Shown in pieces: positions 30,291 to 40,120 of a stretch of DNA of 64,000 nucleotides. Numbering within the stretch: position 1 is the first letter of the stretch; every line of letters begins with the position of its first letter. The stretch is taken from contig OZ250165.1 in NCBI GenBank assembly GCA_965238005.1, positions 736,001-800,000 on the forward strand, given 5' to 3'. Below the pieces are notes generated by a model, which saw nothing but the letters and a program-made list of their open reading frames with translations, searched no databases and had not been told where the DNA came from. The position numbers were made by a program, and so were the translations under genes. This DNA is from Longimicrobiales bacterium. Its GTDB lineage: Bacteria; Gemmatimonadota; Gemmatimonadetes; Longimicrobiales; Gaopeijiaceae.

Positions 30291-30736
30291 TCTTAGTAGA
30301 ACTATTGGGATTTAATTAGGAGACCAGCCTGTCCGGCCGCTCCGCCAGCGGGGCGGCGAGCGGGTCCGGGCGAGGCGCTAGAAGCCGGGGAGAGCGTGGA
30401 CCGCGGTCCGGCAAGACGCGACTTGTCAGCAGTACTTGATCCAATGCGGCAGACGCCGGTTCCTGGCCGGCCACTCCCGCACCCTTCGGCAGAGCATCCG
30501 GCTCTCTGCCCGAACGGCTCAGGCAAGACCGGATCCTGCCTCAGTAAGTGCTGCTATATGTCCTGAACGCTGGCAGATGGCGGGTTATGCCGACGGGCTA
30601 CCGTGTGCGGGCCGAGAGCGCCCCGCGCGCTACACCGGGACCGGTGGTACATGAAGAGCGGGAGCAGGCAAGGACCCGTACCGTATGGCCGATTTCGTCT
30701 TCTGTAACGATCTTCCAGTGTCAGACCGAGAAATCT

Positions 30737-31732
30737 ATGGACGACTCATCGCGTCAGGACGAGCAGCTGATGGAGCATTTTCGCCGACTCGGCAACCGTA
30801 TCTCGATATCGATTCCGCCAGACGAGAACTCCTTCACCGGACGGGAGTGCCCACAGCCGGATTGCGAGGGTTACTTCAAGATTGAATTTGGCACTGGTCT
30901 AGAGGGCGGCGGACTCCCGTGCCACTGCCCTTATTGCGGTCACGCAGCTGGGCAAGATCAGTTCTATACCAAGGCGCAACTCGAATACGCTAAGTCTGTC
31001 GGACTGCGAAAGATCACCGCCGCGATTCAGAAGGACCTCAAGAAGCTGGAGTTTGACCACAAACCGAAAGGCCCATTCGGCATAGGCTTGTCGATGAAGG
31101 TCACGCCAGGTCCGCAGCCTCCAATCCGCTACTACAGGGAGACACAGCTCGAAACCGAGGTCCTCTGTACCCACTGTACACTCCGGTACTCGGTATACGG
31201 CGTCTTCGCCTTCTGCCCGGACTGCGGCCAACACAACTCGATCCAAATCCTTGAGAAAAACCTCGCGATGGTGGGCAAGATGTTGAAGATGGTAACGAGG
31301 GAAGATAATAATCTTGCCGAAAAGTTCATTGAGAACGCCTTGGAAGACTGCGTTTCCTCCTTTGACGGGTTCGGGCGTGAGCTATGCCGGGTACACGCGA
31401 ACAAGGCACGGAGTCCAGAGAAGGCGGAAAAGATGAATTTTCAAAATCTGGAGAACGCGAGACAAGGTTTTCTGGATCTGTTCGGGATTGATTTGTCTGC
31501 TGCGGTAGAGTTGGAGGAGTGGAAGACGGCTACCATAGCGTTCCAGAAGCGTCATCTCATCGCACACAAACTGAGTGTTGTGGATCAGGGCTACATAACG
31601 AAGACTGGTGACACCCGTGCCGTCGTGGGGCGGAAGATTGTTATCGATGCTGGCGAAGTGCAGGGCCTCGCTGAAGTCGTTAACACCCTGGCTCTGCACA
31701 TGGCAGCGGTGCTCCAGAAGGCAGATGAATAG
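30737..31732 (+). CDS. Zn-ribbon protein with C-terminal HEPN-like domain
   Basis: Cys pairs CPQPDC, CPYC, CTHC, CPDC; RxxxxH motif KRHLIAH. Confidence 0.7.
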   Translation: MDDSSRQDEQLMEHFRRLGNRISISIPPDENSFTGRECPQPDCEGYFKIEFGTGLEGGGLPCHCPYCGHAAGQDQFYTKAQLEYAKSVGLRKITAAIQKDLKKLEFDHKPKGPFGIGLSMKVTPGPQPPIRYYRETQLETEVLCTHCTLRYSVYGVFAFCPDCGQHNSIQILEKNLAMVGKMLKMVTREDNNLAEKFIENALEDCVSSFDGFGRELCRVHANKARSPEKAEKMNFQNLENARQGFLDLFGIDLSAAVELEEWKTATIAFQKRHLIAHKLSVVDQGYITKTGDTRAVVGRKIVIDAGEVQGLAEVVNTLALHMAAVLQKADE

Positions 31733-31795
31733 ACGAGATTCGCCGGTAAGGAGAACGGAATCACAGATCACCAACCGATCGATCTCGTATCATAA

Positions 31796-31846
31796 GCCGA
31801 GACCGACCACCCGCGCGAGGTCATCAAGGCGGCGCTCGTCCATGCC
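31796..31846 (+). pseudogene. Short integrase relic
   Basis: AETDHPREVIKAALVHA versus ETDHPREVIEAALAHV in the integrase at 36697. Confidence 0.65.
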
Positions 31847-32004
31847 ACTCAGAGGGGCGCAATACGGGAGAAATGAGAGTGGCCGCGGCATGCAACATGC
31901 TTACGATTCGCGCTCCAAGATCAACCACATGCTCTGGAACGTCAGCGTGTTCGCAGACAGACGGTAGGCTTGCAGCTCGAACGTTCATCGAACAAGGAGC
32001 CTGA

Positions 32005-33687
32005 ATGGATCCCGGACACATCATTTTCAGCCTCCGTGGTATCGCCACGGAGCTCAAGGAGCGTTTGCTCGCAGTTCCGGTGTACCAGCGATCCTATGCG
32101 TGGACGACTGATGAGATTGGCGAGTATTGGGCAGACTTGATAGGAGCCTTCTCAGACAACGTACTCGAGTACTTCTTGGGCACGATCGTGCTGACGAAGT
32201 CATCATCCTCATCTTCACGCAAGACGATCATTGATGGCCAGCAACGTCTGGCAACAACGTCAATCTTGCTGGCAGCTATACGCGACGAATTCAAGAGTCG
32301 CGGGGATGAGAAACGTGCCGGGATTGTTCAACAGAAGTATCTGTCGACATCTGATCTAGCGACCGCAAGCGAGGTTGCACGTCTCACGCTTAATAGTGAC
32401 GACGTGAACTTCTTTGAGCAGCACGTCATCAATGGAAAGACGTCACCCCAGCCGACAAGACCTTCGCACGAGCTAGTCCTGCAGGCACTTGTCTATTTTC
32501 GAACCCAAACGGGCAGAGTCGCCGACGACGCTGGGCCGGACTGGCCGCTACGATTGACTCAGTGGGCCGACTTTCTTGAGCATCGTGTTAAGGTGATCGT
32601 TCTCGAGGTTCCGACCGACGCCGATGCCTACTTGATCTTCGAGACGCTCAATGATCGTGGGGCCGATCTCACAATTGCGGACCTCTTGAAGAACTATCTC
32701 TTCGGCCATGCGGGCTCGAAGCTAGATGCGGTGCGTGACGGTTGGATGATGGCACTCGGTGCTTTGGAGATCTCTGCGGAGAATGCGCTATTTACGACGT
32801 TCCTCCGCCACTACTGGAGTTCAGTTCACGGCGCGGTCCGGGAGCGCGACCTCTACAAGAGTATCAAGGACCACATCGCCACTGAGACGCAGGTTCTGGA
32901 ATTCATCGCTCAAATCCAGAACGGGGCCGCCCTCTATGCAGCGCTGATCAGTAGCGATCACGACTACTGGGATGACCTCGGTGGAACGGTTAAGAGGAAC
33001 GTTGAGACGCTTCTTCACCTCAACTTAGGGCAGAATCGTCCTCTACTTCTGGCTGCTCTACAGCACTTTACAGATCCAGAAAAGAAGACGTTGCTCAAGT
33101 CGCTGGTCGCTTGGTCGGTCCGAGGGTTGATCGTCGGCGGTATTGGCGGCGGCACAGCGGAAAAGGCGTATTGCGGAGCGGCCGTCAAGATCCGCCGAGG
33201 AGAGATCAAGACTACCGTCGAACTGTTGGCCGAATTGTCGCCGATTGTACCGTCGGACAACGATTTCGAGGAAGCTCTTGCTGTTGCGCGGGTTCCGAAG
33301 GCCAAGCTTGCCCGGTACTACCTCATCGCTCTCGAGAACGGAAACCAGAGTCAGGAAGAGGCGGAGTTCGTTCCCAACTCGAACGAGGATGAAGTGAACC
33401 TAGAGCACATTCTTCCAAAACGGGCCACGGCGGCAGATTGGGGCGGGCAATTCAATTCCGACGAACGACGCGATTACGTGCACCGTCTCGGAAATATGGT
33501 ACTACTCCAAAAGGGTCCGAACGGTCGAATCGGGAACAAGCCGTTCAGTGTCAAGAAGCCGATCCTCGAGCAGTCAGCATTTGCCCTGACCGCGGAAGTG
33601 GGCGCTGAGGATGATTGGACCAAGACCACGATAAGAGACCGTCAGACGACTTTGGCACAGTTGGCTGGCAAGGTCTGGCCGAGATAG
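32005..33687 (+). CDS. DUF262 + DUF1524 (HNH) protein, GmrSD/SspE-like
   Basis: VPVYQRSYAW, IDGQQRL, IFETLNDRG, NLEHILPK, LGNMVLL. Confidence 0.9.
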   Translation: MDPGHIIFSLRGIATELKERLLAVPVYQRSYAWTTDEIGEYWADLIGAFSDNVLEYFLGTIVLTKSSSSSSRKTIIDGQQRLATTSILLAAIRDEFKSRGDEKRAGIVQQKYLSTSDLATASEVARLTLNSDDVNFFEQHVINGKTSPQPTRPSHELVLQALVYFRTQTGRVADDAGPDWPLRLTQWADFLEHRVKVIVLEVPTDADAYLIFETLNDRGADLTIADLLKNYLFGHAGSKLDAVRDGWMMALGALEISAENALFTTFLRHYWSSVHGAVRERDLYKSIKDHIATETQVLEFIAQIQNGAALYAALISSDHDYWDDLGGTVKRNVETLLHLNLGQNRPLLLAALQHFTDPEKKTLLKSLVAWSVRGLIVGGIGGGTAEKAYCGAAVKIRRGEIKTTVELLAELSPIVPSDNDFEEALAVARVPKAKLARYYLIALENGNQSQEEAEFVPNSNEDEVNLEHILPKRATAADWGGQFNSDERRDYVHRLGNMVLLQKGPNGRIGNKPFSVKKPILEQSAFALTAEVGAEDDWTKTTIRDRQTTLAQLAGKVWPR

Positions 33688-33844
33688 GCTACGGTGAGGT
33701 GTCAAACCTTGGGTTGAGGTTGGGTGCTGCTGGCCGCCGTCCGTGATGGCCCGCATGTTCCTTAAGACATGTCTTGTTACGCGGCGGTAACTCGTTGCAG
33801 TAGAAATAGAATCCACTAGTTAGACAGAGGCCTAGGGGGCCGCG

Positions 33845-35107
33845 GTGTTTGAGGAGGAGCTGCTCGATCGCTTTCGCCAGAAGGCGCTCCTAGCGGCCCC
33901 ATCGATGAGATTCGCTCCCGACCTAGTGAACGAAGCCGTGGCCGTGCTCGTACACACCTTGGGCGTGGACTGGATTGAGAAAAAAGCCAAAGAACGAAGC
34001 CGCGCCCTGCCTCTTCCCATTTTGAAGCACCCGGTCGGCGGAATGATCCATACGGGCGGCGAGGTTCAGGTCGCGGAGGTACTTGAACTTTCCGAGTACC
34101 TGAAAATGGTAGCCTCCTCGACCGCCTTTCCGCTCATCGTCGCCGGGCTCAGGGCACAGTTTCGACCAACTCTGCTTCAGCTGGCGTTTTCCTACCGTAT
34201 CGAGCAAATCACGTCCGCGGCACCTATACTTGAGCCGCCAGTTTCAGGTGGACGGCTCGGCGACATCGGGTTCTCCTTGGGCGGCCAGTCGTACTTCGCT
34301 GAGTGTTATGCCCCGGGAACCAGGGCGAGGAAACTCGACGAGCTGCAATGGCTCACGTCTAAGGTGATGGCCGACGTTCAGGAGCGAGAGAATACGTATT
34401 CGGTCGCGATCCAGTTCCGGACCATCCCGGATGCCGTGGAAAGAAAGGCACTGGAAAGGCTGATCGTGCGTCTCGTGGGCGACCTAGACCCGGTCGACTG
34501 GAACGGACGTGGTTACCCCCCCTCAGTGCTCGAACAGAACGAGATCGCGCTCGTGTCAGTGTCGCGAACGCTCGTGAGCCAGCCCGGCCAGCGAGCCTTG
34601 GGGGCCCTCCACCCCGACTTCCCTGAGTTGGGAGAGCCTCAACAATTCATCGCCGTGAAGCAAGTACCGATCTCGCGGGTCAAGGCTCTCCAGTCGGATA
34701 CGCTCGGAGATCCATACCGCGACCACATCGCCATCTGGTTACCCGATGAAGATGCTGGTCTGCCGGATGTGGTCGATAAACAGGTTTTGGCCTTGCTACC
34801 GAAGCTTAGGGCAAAACTATCTCAGGCGAAGGCCCCTGGCGCGCACAGACTCTTGATCGTCGATACTTGGACGGCCGGTGCCCGGTACACCTTCTCTGAA
34901 GCTGCGAGGGCTGAGGTGGAGCGTACCCTCTTCGACAATCACTCAGACGTCGCCGGTGTACTAATGGTGACCCGACGTTACTCAGAATCGAACAAGCGAT
35001 ATCGATACGAGATGCGGGCGTGCATCAACGAAAGTGTCGGCGGTCAACCGATCTCACGACTGATTGAAGCTGAGCCTCAGTTGCTAGTGCCAGCGGTCTC
35101 CGTCTAA
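33845..35107 (+). CDS. Hypothetical protein, possible REase fold
   Basis: 420-aa ORF; LEP...GRLGDIGF...YFAECY resembles a PD-(D/E)xK core. Confidence 0.6.
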   Translation: MFEEELLDRFRQKALLAAPSMRFAPDLVNEAVAVLVHTLGVDWIEKKAKERSRALPLPILKHPVGGMIHTGGEVQVAEVLELSEYLKMVASSTAFPLIVAGLRAQFRPTLLQLAFSYRIEQITSAAPILEPPVSGGRLGDIGFSLGGQSYFAECYAPGTRARKLDELQWLTSKVMADVQERENTYSVAIQFRTIPDAVERKALERLIVRLVGDLDPVDWNGRGYPPSVLEQNEIALVSVSRTLVSQPGQRALGALHPDFPELGEPQQFIAVKQVPISRVKALQSDTLGDPYRDHIAIWLPDEDAGLPDVVDKQVLALLPKLRAKLSQAKAPGAHRLLIVDTWTAGARYTFSEAARAEVERTLFDNHSDVAGVLMVTRRYSESNKRYRYEMRACINESVGGQPISRLIEAEPQLLVPAVSV

Positions 35108-35162
35108 CGTGCGATTGCTCCGTCGGGAGCGCCCTGACCGTTATGCGTCACGACAAGAACTG

Positions 35163-36467
35163 ATGATTGTCTTTCTAGATACGAACGTGCTTCTGCACTA
35201 CGACTTCGAGCAGATCAACTGGGAGTCGGAACTCGGCGTGCCGGTCAGGCAGGTCGTGATTTGCTGGGTCAATGTCGAAGAACTTGACCGCCTCAAGGCG
35301 AATCATCCCAAGACAAGACGACGGGAGCGCGCTCGCCGACTACTCAGACTGGTCGTACAGACCCGAGAGGCGGGCGCACCCCATGATCTGCCCGGAGGTT
35401 CAGAACTGACGTTTTGTCCGCTTCAACCCTCGATCGATTTCCTCCAGCACAACCTCGACGCGTCCAAGCCCGACCATCGTCTAGTTGCGACTGCACTCCA
35501 GCTTCAGACGACCGAGAACATGCCGGTCACGTTGATCACTGAGGACGCAACACCGCGGCTCGCCGCAATCGAACTCGGCATTAGCGCCGTTGCCCCTCCA
35601 GTAGCCTTCCGGCTCCCAGCGTCCGATGACCCGGCTGAACAGGAGATCCGAGAGCTAAAGCGCCAGCTGGAGTTAGAACGTCACCGGAGGCCCAAGCTCT
35701 CAGTTCACTTCGACCGAACGGACGTGCTCACTCTTGCTTGGCCCCCGAACCCTATCCAAATCCATGGCCCGGTGTTGAAGGAGGTGATCGCCCAAGAGAG
35801 GGAACGCTTCCCGCAGCCCTCGCGAGGCTTTCGCGATATGGATCCAATCATGATTCCGGAAGACGCCAAACAGCTCGAGCGTCGCGTCGCACGGTACTTC
35901 CAAGAGCTGCCTGGCTCGCTCAACAAGATGAATGAACACCTTGGGGTTAGCGCGCACCTACAGCCGCTTTCCTTCGTCGTGCGGAATAGCGGATCGGCTC
36001 CGGCCACGGACGTTACGCTCGACCTGCTCTTTCCAACCGGCGTCGAGGTGCAAACCAAAGCCACAGCTCCTGCGCCGCCATCTCCACCCACGCCGCCTGA
36101 TCGATCGAAACAACCACGCCGCTTGGACCTAGTGCAGACTGCGGCGCGAGCCCTTCCATATGGCACCTGGATGGGCACGAACGTCTCGCCCGTCGCTGCG
36201 GTGCGCCAACACGATGGAACGTGGTTGGCCAAGATCCGATTCAAGAAGATCTCGCAGCTGCGAGAGGAGCACACCGACCCCGTATGGATCGAGTTCAGTG
36301 GTCAACCGCACTCGTTTTCCATCGCGGCCACGTTGCTGGCGGATGAATCCCCGGATGATATCCACGTCGAGTTGCCGGTTGTGGTCGACACCAGCCCTAT
36401 ATCACCGGAGATCACGGCGGACGACCTACTAACGGTGATCGAGCAGTTCGGCGCCGGGGGGACGTAG
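35163..36467 (+). CDS. PIN-domain protein with coiled coil and beta-rich C-terminus
   Basis: MIVFLDTNVLLHY, VEELDRLK, PDHRLV, LITED. Confidence 0.8.
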   Translation: MIVFLDTNVLLHYDFEQINWESELGVPVRQVVICWVNVEELDRLKANHPKTRRRERARRLLRLVVQTREAGAPHDLPGGSELTFCPLQPSIDFLQHNLDASKPDHRLVATALQLQTTENMPVTLITEDATPRLAAIELGISAVAPPVAFRLPASDDPAEQEIRELKRQLELERHRRPKLSVHFDRTDVLTLAWPPNPIQIHGPVLKEVIAQERERFPQPSRGFRDMDPIMIPEDAKQLERRVARYFQELPGSLNKMNEHLGVSAHLQPLSFVVRNSGSAPATDVTLDLLFPTGVEVQTKATAPAPPSPPTPPDRSKQPRRLDLVQTAARALPYGTWMGTNVSPVAAVRQHDGTWLAKIRFKKISQLREEHTDPVWIEFSGQPHSFSIAATLLADESPDDIHVELPVVVDTSPISPEITADDLLTVIEQFGAGGT

Positions 36468-36495
36468 AGCGCAATTCCTGTTCGCAGGTCGGTGG

Positions 36496-36570
36496 GACCT
36501 CCTCGCTGAAAAGCTTCAGACCAGGTCGATCCTAACATTGCACCTGGTCTCGTTTCAGGGGGTCAGGTCA
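36496..36570 (-). mobile_element. Solo IS3-family left end
   Basis: 75 bp nearly identical to 38460-38534. Confidence 0.85.
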
Positions 36571-36696
36571 GCCGTGGGAATGTCTAAGGACGGGGCTCAT
36601 AACAGGTGTCACACAAACTCTGACGCACATCGATTTCGGCCGGGCATGGTCAGGTGTAAGGTAGGCCAGAAGCGAGGCGGATAAAGACACTTGCCA

Positions 36697-37926
36697 TCAG
36701 AACTGCTTGCCCGCTTGGCCAGGTTCCCCGCTGAGGTAGGCGGCCCAGTCGTTCATGAGCTTGCGCCGCCGCTCGAACAGGTCGGTGCGCCGATAGGCTG
36801 CCTCGACCCTGTCCTGGACCACATGTGCGAGGGCCGCTTCGATGACCTCGCGGGGATGATCCGTCTCTTCGGCCGCCCAGTCCCGGAAGCTCGAGCGAAA
36901 ACCGTGTGGCACGGCCGCGATCCCGTGCTTCTGGAACATCCGGCGCAGTTGCTTCTCTTCGAGCTGCTTGCCGACCCGATTGGGAAACAGGAACGGGCTG
37001 GTTCCCTCCACGAGCGTCCGTGCCTCGTCCAGAATCTCCACGGCCCGGCCACACAGCGGCACCCGGTGCTCCCGGTTCGACTTCATCCGCTTAGCCGGTA
37101 CGGTCCACACGCCGTTCTCCCGATCGATCTCGGTCCACTCCGCCCACCGCACCTCGCCCCATCGCGCGGCCGTCAGTACCAGGAACTCGAATGCCAGCCG
37201 GACGGCCAGCGGAACCGTCGATTCCCGCGCCGTCCGGATGGCCGCGGCCACCTCGCGATGCGGCAAGGCCCGCATGTGCTGCACAACGTTATGCTGTGGG
37301 CCCAGGACCGGGCCAATCCGGTCACAGGGGTTGTCGATCCGGAACTCCATCGCCACCGCCCACTCCAACACCGCGCGGATGCGCTGCCGCAACCGCCGGG
37401 CGGTGTCCGCCTTCGTGTGCCAGATAGGAGCGAGGATCTCCAGCACGTCGGCGCTAGTGACCTCCGAGACCGGCATCTTCCCGATGCGCGGGAAGGCGTA
37501 CCGCTCGAAGGTCAAGATCCACTCGCGGCCGTGCGCCCGACTTCGCCAGCCGGCTTGCTTCTGTTCTACCACACGCGCGGTGGCTTCGGCGAAGCTCGGT
37601 ACGCCCTGCCTACGACGCTTCTCGGCAAGCGGGTCGCCGCCCTCGCGGGCCAGCTTACGGTTGGCCAGCGCCTTTTCCCGGGCCTCGGCGAGGGAGACCA
37701 GCGCGACGCTGCCGAGCCCGAGCTCGCGGCGCCGACCCCGGATGACCAGGCGCTGAATCCAGCTTCGGGTTCCGCTCGGCTGGACGAAGAGGTACAACCC
37801 GTTGCCGTCCGCGTGTCTTCCAGGCGGGGCAGTGCGCACGAAGGCGGCCGACAGGGCCTTGTCTGGATGGCGGCCCTTGGGCTTGGTTTTCCGCGGCGGA
37901 GTGGCCTTGTTCGTTACAGTAACCAT
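36697..37926 (-). CDS. int: P4-type tyrosine integrase (Int C)
   Basis: GRHADGNGLYL, AARWGEVR, HRVPL, HGFRSSF, LAH, AAY. Confidence 0.95.
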   Translation of the reverse strand: MVTVTNKATPPRKTKPKGRHPDKALSAAFVRTAPPGRHADGNGLYLFVQPSGTRSWIQRLVIRGRRRELGLGSVALVSLAEAREKALANRKLAREGGDPLAEKRRRQGVPSFAEATARVVEQKQAGWRSRAHGREWILTFERYAFPRIGKMPVSEVTSADVLEILAPIWHTKADTARRLRQRIRAVLEWAVAMEFRIDNPCDRIGPVLGPQHNVVQHMRALPHREVAAAIRTARESTVPLAVRLAFEFLVLTAARWGEVRWAEWTEIDRENGVWTVPAKRMKSNREHRVPLCGRAVEILDEARTLVEGTSPFLFPNRVGKQLEEKQLRRMFQKHGIAAVPHGFRSSFRDWAAEETDHPREVIEAALAHVVQDRVEAAYRRTDLFERRRKLMNDWAAYLSGEPGQAGKQF

Positions 37927-38076
37927 CCCCGCATAATATAGGGGATGGGAATGGATATCAATGGATGTTGTGAGCGGGGTGCGTTGCTAGTCTATGCTCG
38001 TAACTTACTGTTATCACAGTCATTTATGGACTTAACTGGACGATACTGCACACCGGTCCAGATAGTCTGCCCATTC

Positions 38077-38534
38077 CTGGGTCGTGCGTGGCTGCCCGAG
38101 CACCCGGCACGCTCTCCTCTCCGACGCCCCGAGCTGCTGACGTACACGCACCACACAACGTCGTCGGCGCTCGGGGCTCAGAAGTTTCCCTTGGCCGCTT
38201 CCTCCACGATCAGCTTGTCCAGTGTCAAGTCCGCCACTGCTCGCTTCAGGCGCCCGTTCTCGCGCTCGAGCTCCTTCAGGCGCCGTGCCTGGCTCACCTT
38301 CATCCCGCCGTACTCCCGCCTCCACCGCTAGTACGTCTGCTCGGTGATGCCGAGCTCCCGGCTGATCAGCTTCACGGATTTGCCGCGGGCCAGACCGACC
38401 TCTGCCTCCCGCAGTGCAGTGATGATCTGCTCCGGAGTGTGTCGCTTCCTTCCCATCCTGACCTCCTCGCTGAAAAGCTTCAGACCAGGCCGATCCTAAC
38501 ATTGCACCTGGTCTCGTTTCAGGGGGTCAGGTCA
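38077..38534 (-). mobile_element. Truncated IS3-family element (orfA with premature TAG, start of orfB)
   Basis: TG-terminated IRL. orfA MGRKRHTPEQII...EQTY*RWRREYGGM...LKELERENGRLK (38456-38178). orfB start SPERRR...SERRACRVLG. Confidence 0.88.
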
Positions 38535-38543
38535 CCTCGGCTG

Positions 38544-39785
38544 CTAAAGTTGCACGATACGGGGTGCTGGGCGATTGGTATGGATTGTCACATTCGGTGG
38601 TTGTCCATCAAGCCAGACAATTTTCCATCCGGCCCATCTGAGCTCATCGAAATTTACGTCTCGTGACGGTATCGAGGCTACAGTCTGAAATCCGAAGGTC
38701 GTGGATGTGAGAAGTTCACCATAGCATTGCAGCCAGTTAGTATCTAGAGTCCAGGCCCCAGAATCGAGGATCAAGATTGTCGGTCTTGTCACGGCCAGTC
38801 GACCAGCGGCAAGCATTGCTAATTCCATCAATACTCGCGCGCATTCTGAATGCGATAATACCTGAAGAGGACGGGGACTACCGCCCTTTACAGCAGCAAG
38901 CATATGGCATCCCTCATCATCATCGTGAAACGATGCATGTGTAACATAAGGGGAGCCTCTCGACGATACGTCCTCGCACAAAGCCAATACCTCATATGGG
39001 TGTAACCGCAATGCGGTTGAAACACGATCGAGATCATTGGGCTTCTCTTCGGGAAAAAAACGTAGCACTTTGGGGAATATGACCCGCAGCGGTGTGATTG
39101 GCATCGCTGTCAATGCACCATCCAGACTGTATTTGGGCGAAGTGCCAGACAAAAAAGAGACGCTAGCCGAGTGAGTCATGGGGTCAAGATAGTTGACCTC
39201 AACGCTAACGCGGTCTAAGCCACGTGGTGTTTTTCCTGCCGACCAGCGTTCCATATAGTGGGCGTCTGTAGTTGCTGCGAGCCATTCACATAAGGCAGTC
39301 TTGCCGATGCTATTCCCACCGACGAAAAGCGTGAGTCTTGCAAACTCTATTTCGGTTGGCTCAGCTAAAAGAGGGCTCGAATGGATTTTCAGGTTCTTCA
39401 CCCATCCAAAAGGCGCATGAATTCCGCTGAGTTCTCGAGCAATCCTGGCCTCATGCAAAGCTTTGTAGCCGATTAGTAGCTCACGCGGATATTCCGCTCC
39501 TTTGTGCTTGTCAATGAGGCTGGCGTGATCCTCGCATAGCCAGACTGCATTTGCCGGGGACTTCAGCTCTTCTTTACTCAGGCCATTGGAACCGCGAGGC
39601 CCACCAGAGGCAGCGGCATAGATATGAGCGGCAATCCCAATACACGACGATTTATCGGCCTCCGCGCTGGGGCCGACCGTTATCCGATCACAGGATGGGA
39701 AACTGCACCGGAATCCAGCCCTTCGGGCCGTTAACTCCCGTGTTGTTTTAGTGAACTCGGCTTCCTTTCTTTCGCTCTTGCCCAT
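38544..39785 (-). CDS. HNH endonuclease fused to degenerate ABC-type ATPase
   Basis: CSFPSC...AAHIYAA..GGPRG...NAVWLCEDHASLID; then GGNSIGKT, LSHSE, ILILDSG...LD. Confidence 0.75.
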   Translation of the reverse strand: MGKSERKEAEFTKTTRELTARRAGFRCSFPSCDRITVGPSAEADKSSCIGIAAHIYAAASGGPRGSNGLSKEELKSPANAVWLCEDHASLIDKHKGAEYPRELLIGYKALHEARIARELSGIHAPFGWVKNLKIHSSPLLAEPTEIEFARLTLFVGGNSIGKTALCEWLAATTDAHYMERWSAGKTPRGLDRVSVEVNYLDPMTHSASVSFLSGTSPKYSLDGALTAMPITPLRVIFPKVLRFFPEEKPNDLDRVSTALRLHPYEVLALCEDVSSRGSPYVTHASFHDDDEGCHMLAAVKGGSPRPLQVLSHSECARVLMELAMLAAGRLAVTRPTILILDSGAWTLDTNWLQCYGELLTSTTFGFQTVASIPSRDVNFDELRWAGWKIVWLDGQPPNVTIHTNRPAPRIVQL

Positions 39786-40120
39786 TGGTGTTGTCACCTC
39801 TCAGAGACAATCGATGCGCCGGCCAACGCTTATTACGTGACGCTGGCCAGTATGTCTGGAGCCGTCCGTGCCGTATGGCACCTCACCCGGGATTTCCGTT
39901 GTGCCTGCCCCAGATGGGCCCCTTCTACGCCCGAAAGGCGCAGCGCTGATGAGAATCTTCTTCATCGCACCATCCTCCAGGTTCTGAGGCCGCCACGTAG
40001 CCCGCGCTGACGTGTGGCGGGCCGGAGGCCCGGGCTCCCAGGACATTCCATAGTCACCGCTCCTCACGTGTGTCCTCGTTTTGCCAAGCCGGCGTCCTTG
40101 CGTAAGCTGAGCTAGGATCA

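Noticed and set aside
36496..38534. Composite transposon of two IS3 ends around Int C
   Set aside because: Both are left ends in the same orientation, the transposase is inactive and there is no TSD.
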